Assembly: GCA_026395965.1 (NCBI GenBank) | Contig: JAPLXS010000006.1 | Span: forward strand, 10,851 to 74,850 | Direction of reading: 5' to 3' | Origin: Candidatus Nomurabacteria bacterium | GTDB lineage: Bacteria; Patescibacteriota; Minisyncoccia; Phycocordibacterales; UBA9973 | Length of the DNA stretch: 64,000 nucleotides | Shown: positions 50,015 to 58,098 of the stretch, piece after piece | Layout: every line of letters begins with the position of its first letter | Position numbering within the stretch: the stretch's first letter is position 1 | The notes under the pieces: generated by a model | Databases searched by the model: none | Told to the model about the DNA's origin: nothing | Seen by the model: only the letters and a program-made list of their open reading frames with translations | Made by a program: the position numbers and the translations under genes

Positions 50015-50518
50015 TTAATAGGGATTCTCTCTTAATTTTAGCTTAAATGCTAGAAAGCATGCAATAGGATGCAGAATATATGTCACTAATAAGGCTAAAA
50101 AGGCAAAAAGAAAAGAAATATAATTCAATATTACAAATACAATCCCTGTAAGAATCATATAATCTCCATGGTCTACAAAAAGCATAAATTCCCCTCCCTT
50201 TTTATGTATTCTTCTTTTTACGAAACTACCAAATAAATGACCAAAATAAACTAATATAGGAATACTCATCCATACTAGATTGTGGATAATACTATAAACA
50301 AAAAGGCTAGCTAAGATACTGATCAGAAGCCCTAAAACAGTCGTTGACTCCCCTAGCAAACGCTCTCCATTAAATTCAATATCTCCATCGAGAGGAATAT
50401 CTAATTTTTTAACAGATGGAACGTATCTTTTTATTACATATAAAAAATTCAAACAAATATTTGTACCCCATGCAATTGAAAAATATATAAGAAAATTATT
50501 AATTGTTAGTGGTATCAT
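50015..50518 (-). CDS. Small polytopic membrane protein. Weak resemblance to CTP-dependent cytidylyltransferase (CdsA/CarS-like) C-terminal motifs.
   Basis: SFVKRRIHKKGGEFMLFVDHGD loosely resembles the CdsA SxxKR...KD.G...PGHGG block. Low confidence. Confidence 0.3.
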   Translation of the reverse strand: MIPLTINNFLIYFSIAWGTNICLNFLYVIKRYVPSVKKLDIPLDGDIEFNGERLLGESTTVLGLLISILASLFVYSIIHNLVWMSIPILVYFGHLFGSFVKRRIHKKGGEFMLFVDHGDYMILTGIVFVILNYISFLFAFLALLVTYILHPIACFLAFKLKLRENPY

Positions 50519-51824
50519 AAGATGTTGGATTCACTATCATATAAGTATTTATATTCTTTTTTTGCAATTCACCATCTACAACAGAGAGTAACTCAGGGGT
50601 ACACGGATTTATCCATGCATTAAAATCTGTTCGCCAATTACTTTTAACAAAAATCGACTCATTATTTTTGAATTCTAAAAATCTAGATGGTGTCAAAATA
50701 TTTTTCGAAATTGGGTAGTAAGTAACAAGTGTAAAAGATATATTGCTAGGTTTCGAATTTTTCATACAATTAAGACCCGGGGAAGAGATAGGTGTATATG
50801 TTATATTTTTATTTAATTGCTTTGACAGTTGAGCAATTGATTCTGTATGATCTACTTTCAGTAATTCAATTTCTTTTTTGTTTTCATTATAAAAATAAAC
50901 TTCTTGTCCACTTTGTATCAAAATACTAGAGTAATCGTGTATATCACGATCACGAGGACTTGCTTGCCACCAGCTCAACATAAAAAGCATTAGGATTGAA
51001 AATAAAAATTGTAAACGGATTTTTGACTCACTTGCATACAAAACAAAAGTATAAAGTAAAAATAATGATACAGTAGAGGCCAATCCTAAAGATAGCTTGT
51101 TGTATATAGTTGTATCTAGATATAAACTAACAAATAATAATATTATTCCAATCAGTGAAGCAATATAATAATAATTTGTAGATAATTTACCTTTTTCTCT
51201 TAAAATAAAAAGGTAAACAAAAATAATCCCAAGAATAAAACTAGGATTAAATAATCCCCCGTCTATAGATGTTTTAATCAGAGAAAATGAAACTAGAGAG
51301 TAACCTATTATAAGGAATATTTTTTGTCTATTATTTTTATGGTCTAATATTTTTTTATAAGATGACCCAAAATAGTATATTGATTGGATTATAAGAATGA
51401 TTAAAAGCAGAGAGCCAAATAAAAATAAATAATTGGGGAATATTCCTATATAGGCACTTCCTGCATCTGTAGTATGGAATTGGTTTTTACCAAACAATGA
51501 AAAAATCTGCCCAATAAATGCTTTAGCAATATGAGTATGAGAAAACACAGAACTGGAAATTTCTCCATTATTTCCAGTAATAACAAAATCAGTTATATTA
51601 AGATTATTGTTTACTATGTAATATATATGCAAAATAAAACCATATATATACATAGCCACAAGCGACAACCCAAAATATATCCATTTTATATTTTTAATTG
51701 AGTTTTTTTTAAAAATATAATAGATAGAAATTATAAGTAGTAAATACAAAAAAAACAATAAAGTTTTGATCTCACTCCTTCCTCCAGCAAATATATTTAC
51801 AAATGAGTGAGCTATGTCTAACAT
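50499..51824 (-). CDS. Hypothetical polytopic membrane protein with a C-terminal extracytoplasmic domain, downstream of the pilin genes.
   Basis: Ten or more hydrophobic helices and a roughly 140-aa soluble tail. Confidence 0.4.
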   Translation of the reverse strand: MLDIAHSFVNIFAGGRSEIKTLLFFLYLLLIISIYYIFKKNSIKNIKWIYFGLSLVAMYIYGFILHIYYIVNNNLNITDFVITGNNGEISSSVFSHTHIAKAFIGQIFSLFGKNQFHTTDAGSAYIGIFPNYLFLFGSLLLIILIIQSIYYFGSSYKKILDHKNNRQKIFLIIGYSLVSFSLIKTSIDGGLFNPSFILGIIFVYLFILREKGKLSTNYYYIASLIGIILLFVSLYLDTTIYNKLSLGLASTVSLFLLYTFVLYASESKIRLQFLFSILMLFMLSWWQASPRDRDIHDYSSILIQSGQEVYFYNENKKEIELLKVDHTESIAQLSKQLNKNITYTPISSPGLNCMKNSKPSNISFTLVTYYPISKNILTPSRFLEFKNNESIFVKSNWRTDFNAWINPCTPELLSVVDGELQKKNINTYMIVNPTSYDTTNN

Positions 51825-51830
51825 AACTTC

Positions 51831-52397
51831 TTAGAAAGAAATCCCAATAGAATAACCTGGATACTGATTTGATGTTTCAAGAGCACCTGCTGTGAGTAAA
51901 TAATCCATAGGTGTGTGCTCAATATGTCCACTCCAACCTCCTGGGGCAGTATATTCATAGTCAAAGAAATATCTTCTATTTGTTCCATTTTGATCTGTCT
52001 TTGTGGTAAAACATGCTAAACCACATGGATCTACGGGTAGCTTTTTCATGTATGGTTTTAGGTCCAATTCTAATTCTGACCATTTATGGCCAACACCACC
52101 ATCCCAATCATTGGCCTGGCATTCTCTTCCTCTACCGGCACTTGGGTTTGAACAACCTGTGTCTCCATTAAAATCCGGTGCATGACCTTTTGCAGATACA
52201 TAAAGCGAAATAGCATTATTGATTTCATTGATATCTCTCATTCTTCTTGCGTCACGGGCTTTAGCACGAGCAGAGTTGAGAGCTGCTAGTATAACGGAGG
52301 ATAGTATACCAATGATGGCTATGACCACTAGGAGTTCGATGAGGGTGAGGGTGAAGCCTGATTGTCGGGTATGTATATTTTTATATTTTGTATTCAT
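51831..52397 (-). CDS. Type IV pilin / pseudopilin-like protein with a prepilin N-terminal cleavage/methylation motif. The start is taken at MNTKYKNIHTRQSG|FTLTLIELLVV.
   Basis: A short basic leader ending in G, then FTLTLIELLVVIAIIGIL, is the class III signal peptide. Confidence 0.7.
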   Translation of the reverse strand: MNTKYKNIHTRQSGFTLTLIELLVVIAIIGILSSVILAALNSARAKARDARRMRDINEINNAISLYVSAKGHAPDFNGDTGCSNPSAGRGRECQANDWDGGVGHKWSELELDLKPYMKKLPVDPCGLACFTTKTDQNGTNRRYFFDYEYTAPGGWSGHIEHTPMDYLLTAGALETSNQYPGYSIGISF

Positions 52398-52463
52398 ATC
52401 TATATATTTTAACATTTAATTTTTAATACAACAACTCAAATTGTTATAAGTATTATTATAATA

Positions 52464-52910
52464 CTAAAAAGATGATCCCATCTTAAAAGGACCAGAGGTG
52501 GATTCTAAATTTTCTGCATAAAGATAATAGTCTGAAGAAATATGAGGACCTGCTGTTATATAATTATATACAAACCATTTTGAAGATGATGCACCACTAC
52601 ACCCTGCCCCACATGGATCTTTTGGTAAAGATGAAATATAAGGTTTAAGTTCGGACTCTAATATTGACCAAGAACCGTCTGCATCATTTGCGACCATTGA
52701 TCCCCCAACAGTAGGAGAAGAACGATTGTTGGTAATATACTGCTCGATAGCCATACTAATTTTTGAAATATCTACTTTCCTTTGTGAGTCTCTAGATTTC
52801 ATTCTTGCCTTATCGAGCTGTATCATAATAACAGCAGAAAGTAACCCTATAATAGCAACAACAATTAAAAGCTCTATCAATGTAAAGCCACGATATTTTT
52901 TGTTCTTCAT
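52464..52910 (-). CDS. Type IV pilin / pseudopilin-like protein.
   Basis: MKNKKYRG|FTLIELLIVVAIIGLLSAV. Confidence 0.7.
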   Translation of the reverse strand: MKNKKYRGFTLIELLIVVAIIGLLSAVIMIQLDKARMKSRDSQRKVDISKISMAIEQYITNNRSSPTVGGSMVANDADGSWSILESELKPYISSLPKDPCGAGCSGASSSKWFVYNYITAGPHISSDYYLYAENLESTSGPFKMGSSF

Positions 52911-52981
52911 ATATTATATTTTAACATTTAATTTTTATGTAAACAATAAAACAGTCGTTTATAACAATATTTGATTTTTAT

Positions 52982-53488
52982 TTAAAATGAAATACCCACA
53001 GAGTAACCAGATGGATACTGGTTTGATGTTTCAAATGCTTCAGCTTCTAATAAATAGTCCATAGGTGTATGCCCAGCAGTTCCAGACCAACCTCCAGGGG
53101 CAGTATATATATAGCTAAAGAAAAATCTTCTTACATCACCATTTTGATCTGCCTTTGTTGTAAAACATGATAAACCACATGGATCTACTGGTAGATTTTT
53201 CATATAGGGTTTAAGTTCTTTTTCTAAGTCTTTCCAAGAATATTTACGACCAAGAAGATCATTGTCTATAACATTACAAATAGTAGGATCTCCGCCACTT
53301 CCTCCAGGATTTGAACAAGTTGTGTCTCCAAAATCTGGAGCATGATTATTTGCAGATACATAAAGTGAAATAGCATTATTGATTTCATTGATATCTCTCA
53401 TTCTTCTTGCGTCACGGGCTTTAGCACGAGCAGAGTTGAGAGCTGCTAGTATAACGGAGGATAGTATACCAATGATGGCTATGACCAC
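52982..53488 (-). CDS. Type IV pilin-like paralogue with a disrupted 5' end, possibly a pseudogene. It has a GTG start inside the hydrophobic helix, and the leader and cleavage site are lost through a 25-nt deletion.
   Basis: Its first 150 nt are identical to the 51831..52397 gene. Upstream, the MNTKYKNI leader codons are present but out of frame, which I checked by hand translation. Confidence 0.5.
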   Translation of the reverse strand: MVIAIIGILSSVILAALNSARAKARDARRMRDINEINNAISLYVSANNHAPDFGDTTCSNPGGSGGDPTICNVIDNDLLGRKYSWKDLEKELKPYMKNLPVDPCGLSCFTTKADQNGDVRRFFFSYIYTAPGGWSGTAGHTPMDYLLEAEAFETSNQYPSGYSVGISF

Positions 53489-53553
53489 TAGGAGTTCGAT
53501 GAGGGTGGTATATTTTTATATTTTGTATTCATATTATTTTAATAATACCATAC

Positions 53554-54294
53554 TTATTTAATTTTATTTTTCCAATCTTCAATATTTTTTTGGTGGCCAG
53601 ACAAAAGAACAGGTGGAACTTTATATTTCTTTTTATTATGAATCAAAATTTCTGGACGAGTATATATCTCGCTCGAAGAAACTCTTTCTTCTTCACGAGA
53701 ATTAAAATTACCCAATACACCTTCTATTTGACGAGATATAGAATCCACCAAAATCATAGCGGGTATTTCTCCTCCTGTGAGAACGTAATCCCCTATCGAC
53801 AACTTCTTTGTTTTCAAAATTTTATCTACTCGGGCATCTATACCTTCATACCTACCACAAATCATAATTATATCTGTATATTTTTGTGAAAAATTCTTTG
53901 CAATTTTAGTATCAAATTTTTCAGCAGATGGAACGAAATTCACCGTTAGTATTTTTTTAGAGGTCCAACCTCTAGCTGGCTTCGGAGGTTGTACCTCTAA
54001 AAAAATACTAGATTTTGGGTGTTTTTTTATAATTGAAGCTCTAGTAAATTCAACTGCTTTAATTATTGGCTCTGCTCTCATAACCATACCAGGTCCTCCT
54101 CCATAAGGTCTGTCATCTACTTGGAGAGATATATTACCGTCTGGCCAGACTTTTTTATACTTACCTGTAACAAATTTTCTTGGATTTACAAATGTAACTT
54201 TTATTTTCTTATTTTTTATTGCCTTGCCTAAAATAGACTCATTCAAATATGAGTCAAACATATCTGGAAATAAAGTAATTATATGAAAATGCAT
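53554..54294 (-). CDS. trmD: tRNA (guanine37-N1)-methyltransferase.
   Basis: MHFHIITLFPDMF, DDRPYGGGPGMVM and the SPOUT-fold C-terminus. Confidence 0.9.
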   Translation of the reverse strand: MHFHIITLFPDMFDSYLNESILGKAIKNKKIKVTFVNPRKFVTGKYKKVWPDGNISLQVDDRPYGGGPGMVMRAEPIIKAVEFTRASIIKKHPKSSIFLEVQPPKPARGWTSKKILTVNFVPSAEKFDTKIAKNFSQKYTDIIMICGRYEGIDARVDKILKTKKLSIGDYVLTGGEIPAMILVDSISRQIEGVLGNFNSREEERVSSSEIYTRPEILIHNKKKYKVPPVLLSGHQKNIEDWKNKIK

Positions 54295-54314
54295 ATACGC
54301 ATATTAACACAAGA

Positions 54315-54345
54315 AAAGCCCTCCGGCTATGCCGATGGGCTTTTT
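54315..54345 (-). terminator. Intrinsic terminator between the KH gene and trmD, preceded by two direct repeats ttcgtaattattt.
   Basis: aaaagccc-tccggctatgccga-tgggctttt. Confidence 0.55.
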
Positions 54346-54381
54346 GATTCGTAATTATTTATTCTTAATTCGTAATTATTT

Positions 54382-54750
54382 TTATATACCCTTAAGATCT
54401 TCCAATACATCATCTACTGATTTTTGAACATCATGACTAACTTCAGCTGAAGTTTGAGTTGAAGTTGGAGCTACTGTTTGAGCTCCAAATGACTCTACTT
54501 TTCCACCTTCTGGTTCATTGATCTTTAGATTAACACGAGCATTGTTTTTCATACCAATAACTCGAAGTAGTGTTCTAATAGCTTTTGCTGTATTTCCTTG
54601 ACGACCAATAATCTTGCCCATATCGGCACCATTAACTGTCATAGTTATAAGAACTCCCATTTCGTCTACTGTACGGTCGATTTTCACATCATCTGGATTA
54701 TCAACTAAAGCTTTTACAATGTATTCTAAAAACGCTTTATCATCTGCCAT
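54382..54750 (-). CDS. KH-domain RNA-binding protein (YlqC/UPF0109-like), typically found between rpsP and rimM/trmD.
   Basis: GKIIGRQGNTAKAIRTLLRVIG is a KH GxxG motif. The gene context is conserved. Confidence 0.7.
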   Translation of the reverse strand: MADDKAFLEYIVKALVDNPDDVKIDRTVDEMGVLITMTVNGADMGKIIGRQGNTAKAIRTLLRVIGMKNNARVNLKINEPEGGKVESFGAQTVAPTSTQTSAEVSHDVQKSVDDVLEDLKGI

Positions 54751-54850
54751 ATATCTTTTATAGTATTATTCTTAAATTCTTTAGCAGTGTATCGACTACA
54801 AACTGCTCTATTTTATATCATATCATATTATTATTTTTCTATGCAATAAT

Positions 54851-54882
54851 AAAAACCCTCGGGCTTCCGCCTGAGGGTTTTT
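54851..54882. terminator. Terminator hairpin downstream of rpsP.
   Basis: aaaaaccctc-gggcttccgcc-tgagggttttt. Confidence 0.55.
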
Positions 54883-54889
54883 ATGATTT

Positions 54890-55195
54890 TTATGCTTTCT
54901 TAAGTTCTTTACGAGTTTTAGTTGGAGTTTTCTTTGATAAAACGTTTTTCTTTTTACCAGGAATCAACTTTTGATGAACTAGGAAGTTATGAACTGTATC
55001 AGAAACTTGTGCACCTTGTCCTATCCAATAAGATACACGATCTTGCTTGAATAATACTTCACCTTTTTTTAAATTGTATGAACCAAGAATTTCTATAAAT
55101 TTACCACTCTTGGCAGAATTTTTGGAATCTGTCAAAAGGACCCGAAATGCTGGATCATTCTTGCGCCCTATTCTTTGTAGTCTTATCTTTAACAT
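54890..55195 (-). CDS. rpsP: 30S ribosomal protein S16.
   Basis: MLKIRLQRIGRKNDPAFRV. Confidence 0.9.
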   Translation of the reverse strand: MLKIRLQRIGRKNDPAFRVLLTDSKNSAKSGKFIEILGSYNLKKGEVLFKQDRVSYWIGQGAQVSDTVHNFLVHQKLIPGKKKNVLSKKTPTKTRKELKKA

Positions 55196-55258
55196 ATCGT
55201 CATACTAACATAAAGATATTAATGAATCAACCCCCTTATTGTATGCTATAATCTATAT

Positions 55259-57193
55259 ATGAAGGAATCAATAAAAAACAAGAGTTTTGAACGACATATT
55301 GAAGGTATAATAAATATTTCAACAAGAGGTACAGGTACTGTACGAATAAACGGAGGCGAAGAAATTATTGAAATAGAACATAGCTTTCTAAAAACAGCTT
55401 GTAATGGAGACACTGTTCATATACTACTACATCCTAAAAAGAAGGACGGTATACAAAATGGTGAAGTTATAGAAATACTAAATCGATCAAAGAAAGGATA
55501 CGCGGGTGTACTTGAAAAAGAAAATGAAATGTATTTTCTAATACCTTCAGATCTAAAAATGTATTCTGATATAATAATTCCCGAAAACAAATTAAATGGA
55601 GCAAAAGTAGGTCAAAAAGTTTTTGTAATCATTACAGAATGGAAAGATGCAAAAAAGGCTCCCGTTGGTCAGATTGAAAAGATACTTGGAATGCCAATGG
55701 AACACAATGCAGAGATGGAGGCTATAGCTCTCGAAAAAGGATTTAATGCAACATTCCCTCCTGAAATATTAAAGGAGGCTCAAAGAATTTCTCTTTCTGG
55801 TATTACAGACAATGATATAAAAAATAGACGTGACATGAGAGATACAACTACTTTTACAATTGATCCGATTGATGCAAAAGATTTTGATGATGCATTGTCT
55901 TTCAAAAACCTACCAAATGGAAACTATGAAATAGGAATCCATATTGCCGATGTATCTCATTATGTAAGACTCGGTACTCAATTAGACGAAGAAGCCAATC
56001 ACAGAGGAACTTCTGTATACTTGGTAGATAGAACTATTCCTATGCTCCCAGAAGAACTTTCAAACGGTATTTGTAGTTTAAATGAGCATGTAGACAGACT
56101 CACCTTTTCAGCAATATTTGAGCTTGATAAAACAGGAACTATTTTAAGTGAATGGTTTGGTAGAACAGTCATACATTCCGATAAAAGATTTAGTTATGAA
56201 GAAGCTCAAAAAGTTTTAGATGATAAAAAGGGAATATTTTTTGATGAGCTTAATATTCTAAATAAAATAGCAAAAGAATTATTAAAAAAACGATTCAGAG
56301 AAGGTGCTATTTCCCTTGAACAAGATGAAGTTAAATTTGAACTAACAAAAGAAGGTGTCCCAATATCCGTCTATACTAAAGTTCGTGGTGACACAAACAA
56401 ACTTATTGAAGAATTTATGCTTCTTGCCAACCGTCGTGTTGCCGAATATATGTCTGTAAAAAAACCCGGAGTGGGAGGAGTATTTGTTTACAGAATCCAT
56501 GACTTACCAAACAAAGACAAGATTCGTGACTTAGTCGCATTTCTAAAAAGATTGGGATTTAAAGTTCTACTAAAAAATGGAATAATACCATCAGAAGAAA
56601 TGAATGAATTAATCGGCAAGATAGAACACAGCCCAATGCGCAACACTATAAATACTGCGATTATTCGAACTATGGCAAAAGCTATTTATTCTACCAAAAA
56701 TATTGGTCACTATGGACTTGGATTTAAATACTATACTCATTTTACATCCCCTATTCGTAGATATCCTGATGTTATAGTTCATCGTCTTCTTTCTGATTTC
56801 TTAGAAAATAAACCAATTCCAAAAGAAAAATGGTTTGAATATGAACAGATAAGCAGAGATGCTTCACTTCGAGAAAAAGAAGCTTCTGATGCTGAACGCG
56901 CTTCTATTAAATACAAACAGGTTGAATACATGTCTAGTCGTATTGGTGAAAAATATGAAGGTATAATAACAGGAGTTACTGAATGGGGTCTATACATAGA
57001 AGATAAAAAGACTAAGTGTGAAGGTATGATTCGCATGAGGGATTTAAAAGATGATTATTATACTTTTGACAAAGAAGGTATGAGTATACGTGGAAGAAAA
57101 ACTCATAAAAAATATACATTTGGAGATACTATTAAATTTGTAGTCAAAAATGCTGATATGAATAAAAAGACTATAGATTACGAAATAAAGTAA
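55259..57193 (+). CDS. rnr: RNase R / RNase II-family 3'-5' exoribonuclease (cold-shock domains, RNB, S1).
   Basis: RRDMRDTTTFTIDPIDAKDFDDALS (RNB), HYGLGFKYYTHFTSPIRRYPD and a C-terminal S1-like GIITGVTEWGLYIE. Confidence 0.85.
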   Translation: MKESIKNKSFERHIEGIINISTRGTGTVRINGGEEIIEIEHSFLKTACNGDTVHILLHPKKKDGIQNGEVIEILNRSKKGYAGVLEKENEMYFLIPSDLKMYSDIIIPENKLNGAKVGQKVFVIITEWKDAKKAPVGQIEKILGMPMEHNAEMEAIALEKGFNATFPPEILKEAQRISLSGITDNDIKNRRDMRDTTTFTIDPIDAKDFDDALSFKNLPNGNYEIGIHIADVSHYVRLGTQLDEEANHRGTSVYLVDRTIPMLPEELSNGICSLNEHVDRLTFSAIFELDKTGTILSEWFGRTVIHSDKRFSYEEAQKVLDDKKGIFFDELNILNKIAKELLKKRFREGAISLEQDEVKFELTKEGVPISVYTKVRGDTNKLIEEFMLLANRRVAEYMSVKKPGVGGVFVYRIHDLPNKDKIRDLVAFLKRLGFKVLLKNGIIPSEEMNELIGKIEHSPMRNTINTAIIRTMAKAIYSTKNIGHYGLGFKYYTHFTSPIRRYPDVIVHRLLSDFLENKPIPKEKWFEYEQISRDASLREKEASDAERASIKYKQVEYMSSRIGEKYEGIITGVTEWGLYIEDKKTKCEGMIRMRDLKDDYYTFDKEGMSIRGRKTHKKYTFGDTIKFVVKNADMNKKTIDYEIK

Positions 57194-57199
57194 TTTTAT

Positions 57200-58060
57200 A
57201 TGAAAAATTTAAAAATTATATTTCTATCATTATTTACTTCTGTAATATTTTTTACTGCTGTTATTTTTATAATAAATAAATTAAACAACACAAAAGAAAT
57301 AGCTCAAGAACCATTAGACATAGGAGTACTTGAAAATAAAAATATTGAAATATATGAGGTCAAAAATAGTATTCCCGATGAAGACAAAGATATTTCACCC
57401 AAAATAACCATTGATAATAATTCTTTAATTACAAAAACAAAAGACAATATCAAAAAAATAAAATCACCATTTGTTTGTTCAAAATCAAATACAATATTTG
57501 AAGATATGTCATATTTAAATATAGGACAAATAAAAATGCTACCAGACGCATCTTATATACCAGAAGATTTAATAAATTTAGATTCAGAATCAAGTACTAC
57601 AAATGAAATCTGTTTAACCCAAGAAACAAAAAACTCATTTGAATCTTTAATAAAAAAAGCTAAAGAAGATGGATACATGATAAAAGCAAGTTCAGGATAT
57701 AGAAGTTATGAGACTCAAAAAAATTTATTTAATACTATGCTAAACAGCGGGCAATCAGATGCACTTGTTTCAGTAGCTAAACCTGGATACTCAGAACACC
57801 AATTAGGCACCACTGTGGACCTCACTGGATCATCAATAGATTACAAATCGGCTGCAAGTAATTTTAGTGGAACACCAGAAGACAATTGGCTCAAAAAAAA
57901 TGCTTACTTATACGGATTTATTCAAAGCTACCCCAAGGGCAAAGAAGAAATAACAGGATACAAATACGAACCTTGGCACTACCGATATATTGGAATTGAA
58001 AAAGCAAATGAACTAGTAAAAAATAATCAAACTATTACAGAATACTTTACAAATAAATAA
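57200..58060 (+). CDS. Peptidase M15-family D-Ala-D-Ala carboxypeptidase (VanY-like), membrane anchored.
   Basis: SGYRSYETQ, GYSEHQLGTTVDL and EPWHYRY match the M15B zinc-binding motifs. Confidence 0.7.
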   Translation: MKNLKIIFLSLFTSVIFFTAVIFIINKLNNTKEIAQEPLDIGVLENKNIEIYEVKNSIPDEDKDISPKITIDNNSLITKTKDNIKKIKSPFVCSKSNTIFEDMSYLNIGQIKMLPDASYIPEDLINLDSESSTTNEICLTQETKNSFESLIKKAKEDGYMIKASSGYRSYETQKNLFNTMLNSGQSDALVSVAKPGYSEHQLGTTVDLTGSSIDYKSAASNFSGTPEDNWLKKNAYLYGFIQSYPKGKEEITGYKYEPWHYRYIGIEKANELVKNNQTITEYFTNK

Positions 58061-58061
58061 T

Positions 58062-58093
58062 AAAAAGACCATCGTGCACACGATGGTCTTTTT
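58062..58093. terminator. Bidirectional terminator.
   Basis: aaaaagaccatcgtg-caca-cgatggtcttttt. Confidence 0.6.
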
Positions 58094-58098
58094 ATTAT

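Noticed and set aside
52219-52419. Plus-strand ORFs MISLISLILLASRALARAELRAAS... at 52219 and 53379, which looked like a duplicated small gene.
   Set aside because: They are antisense translations of the near-identical pilin 5' segments. The duplication is real but belongs to the pilin genes.
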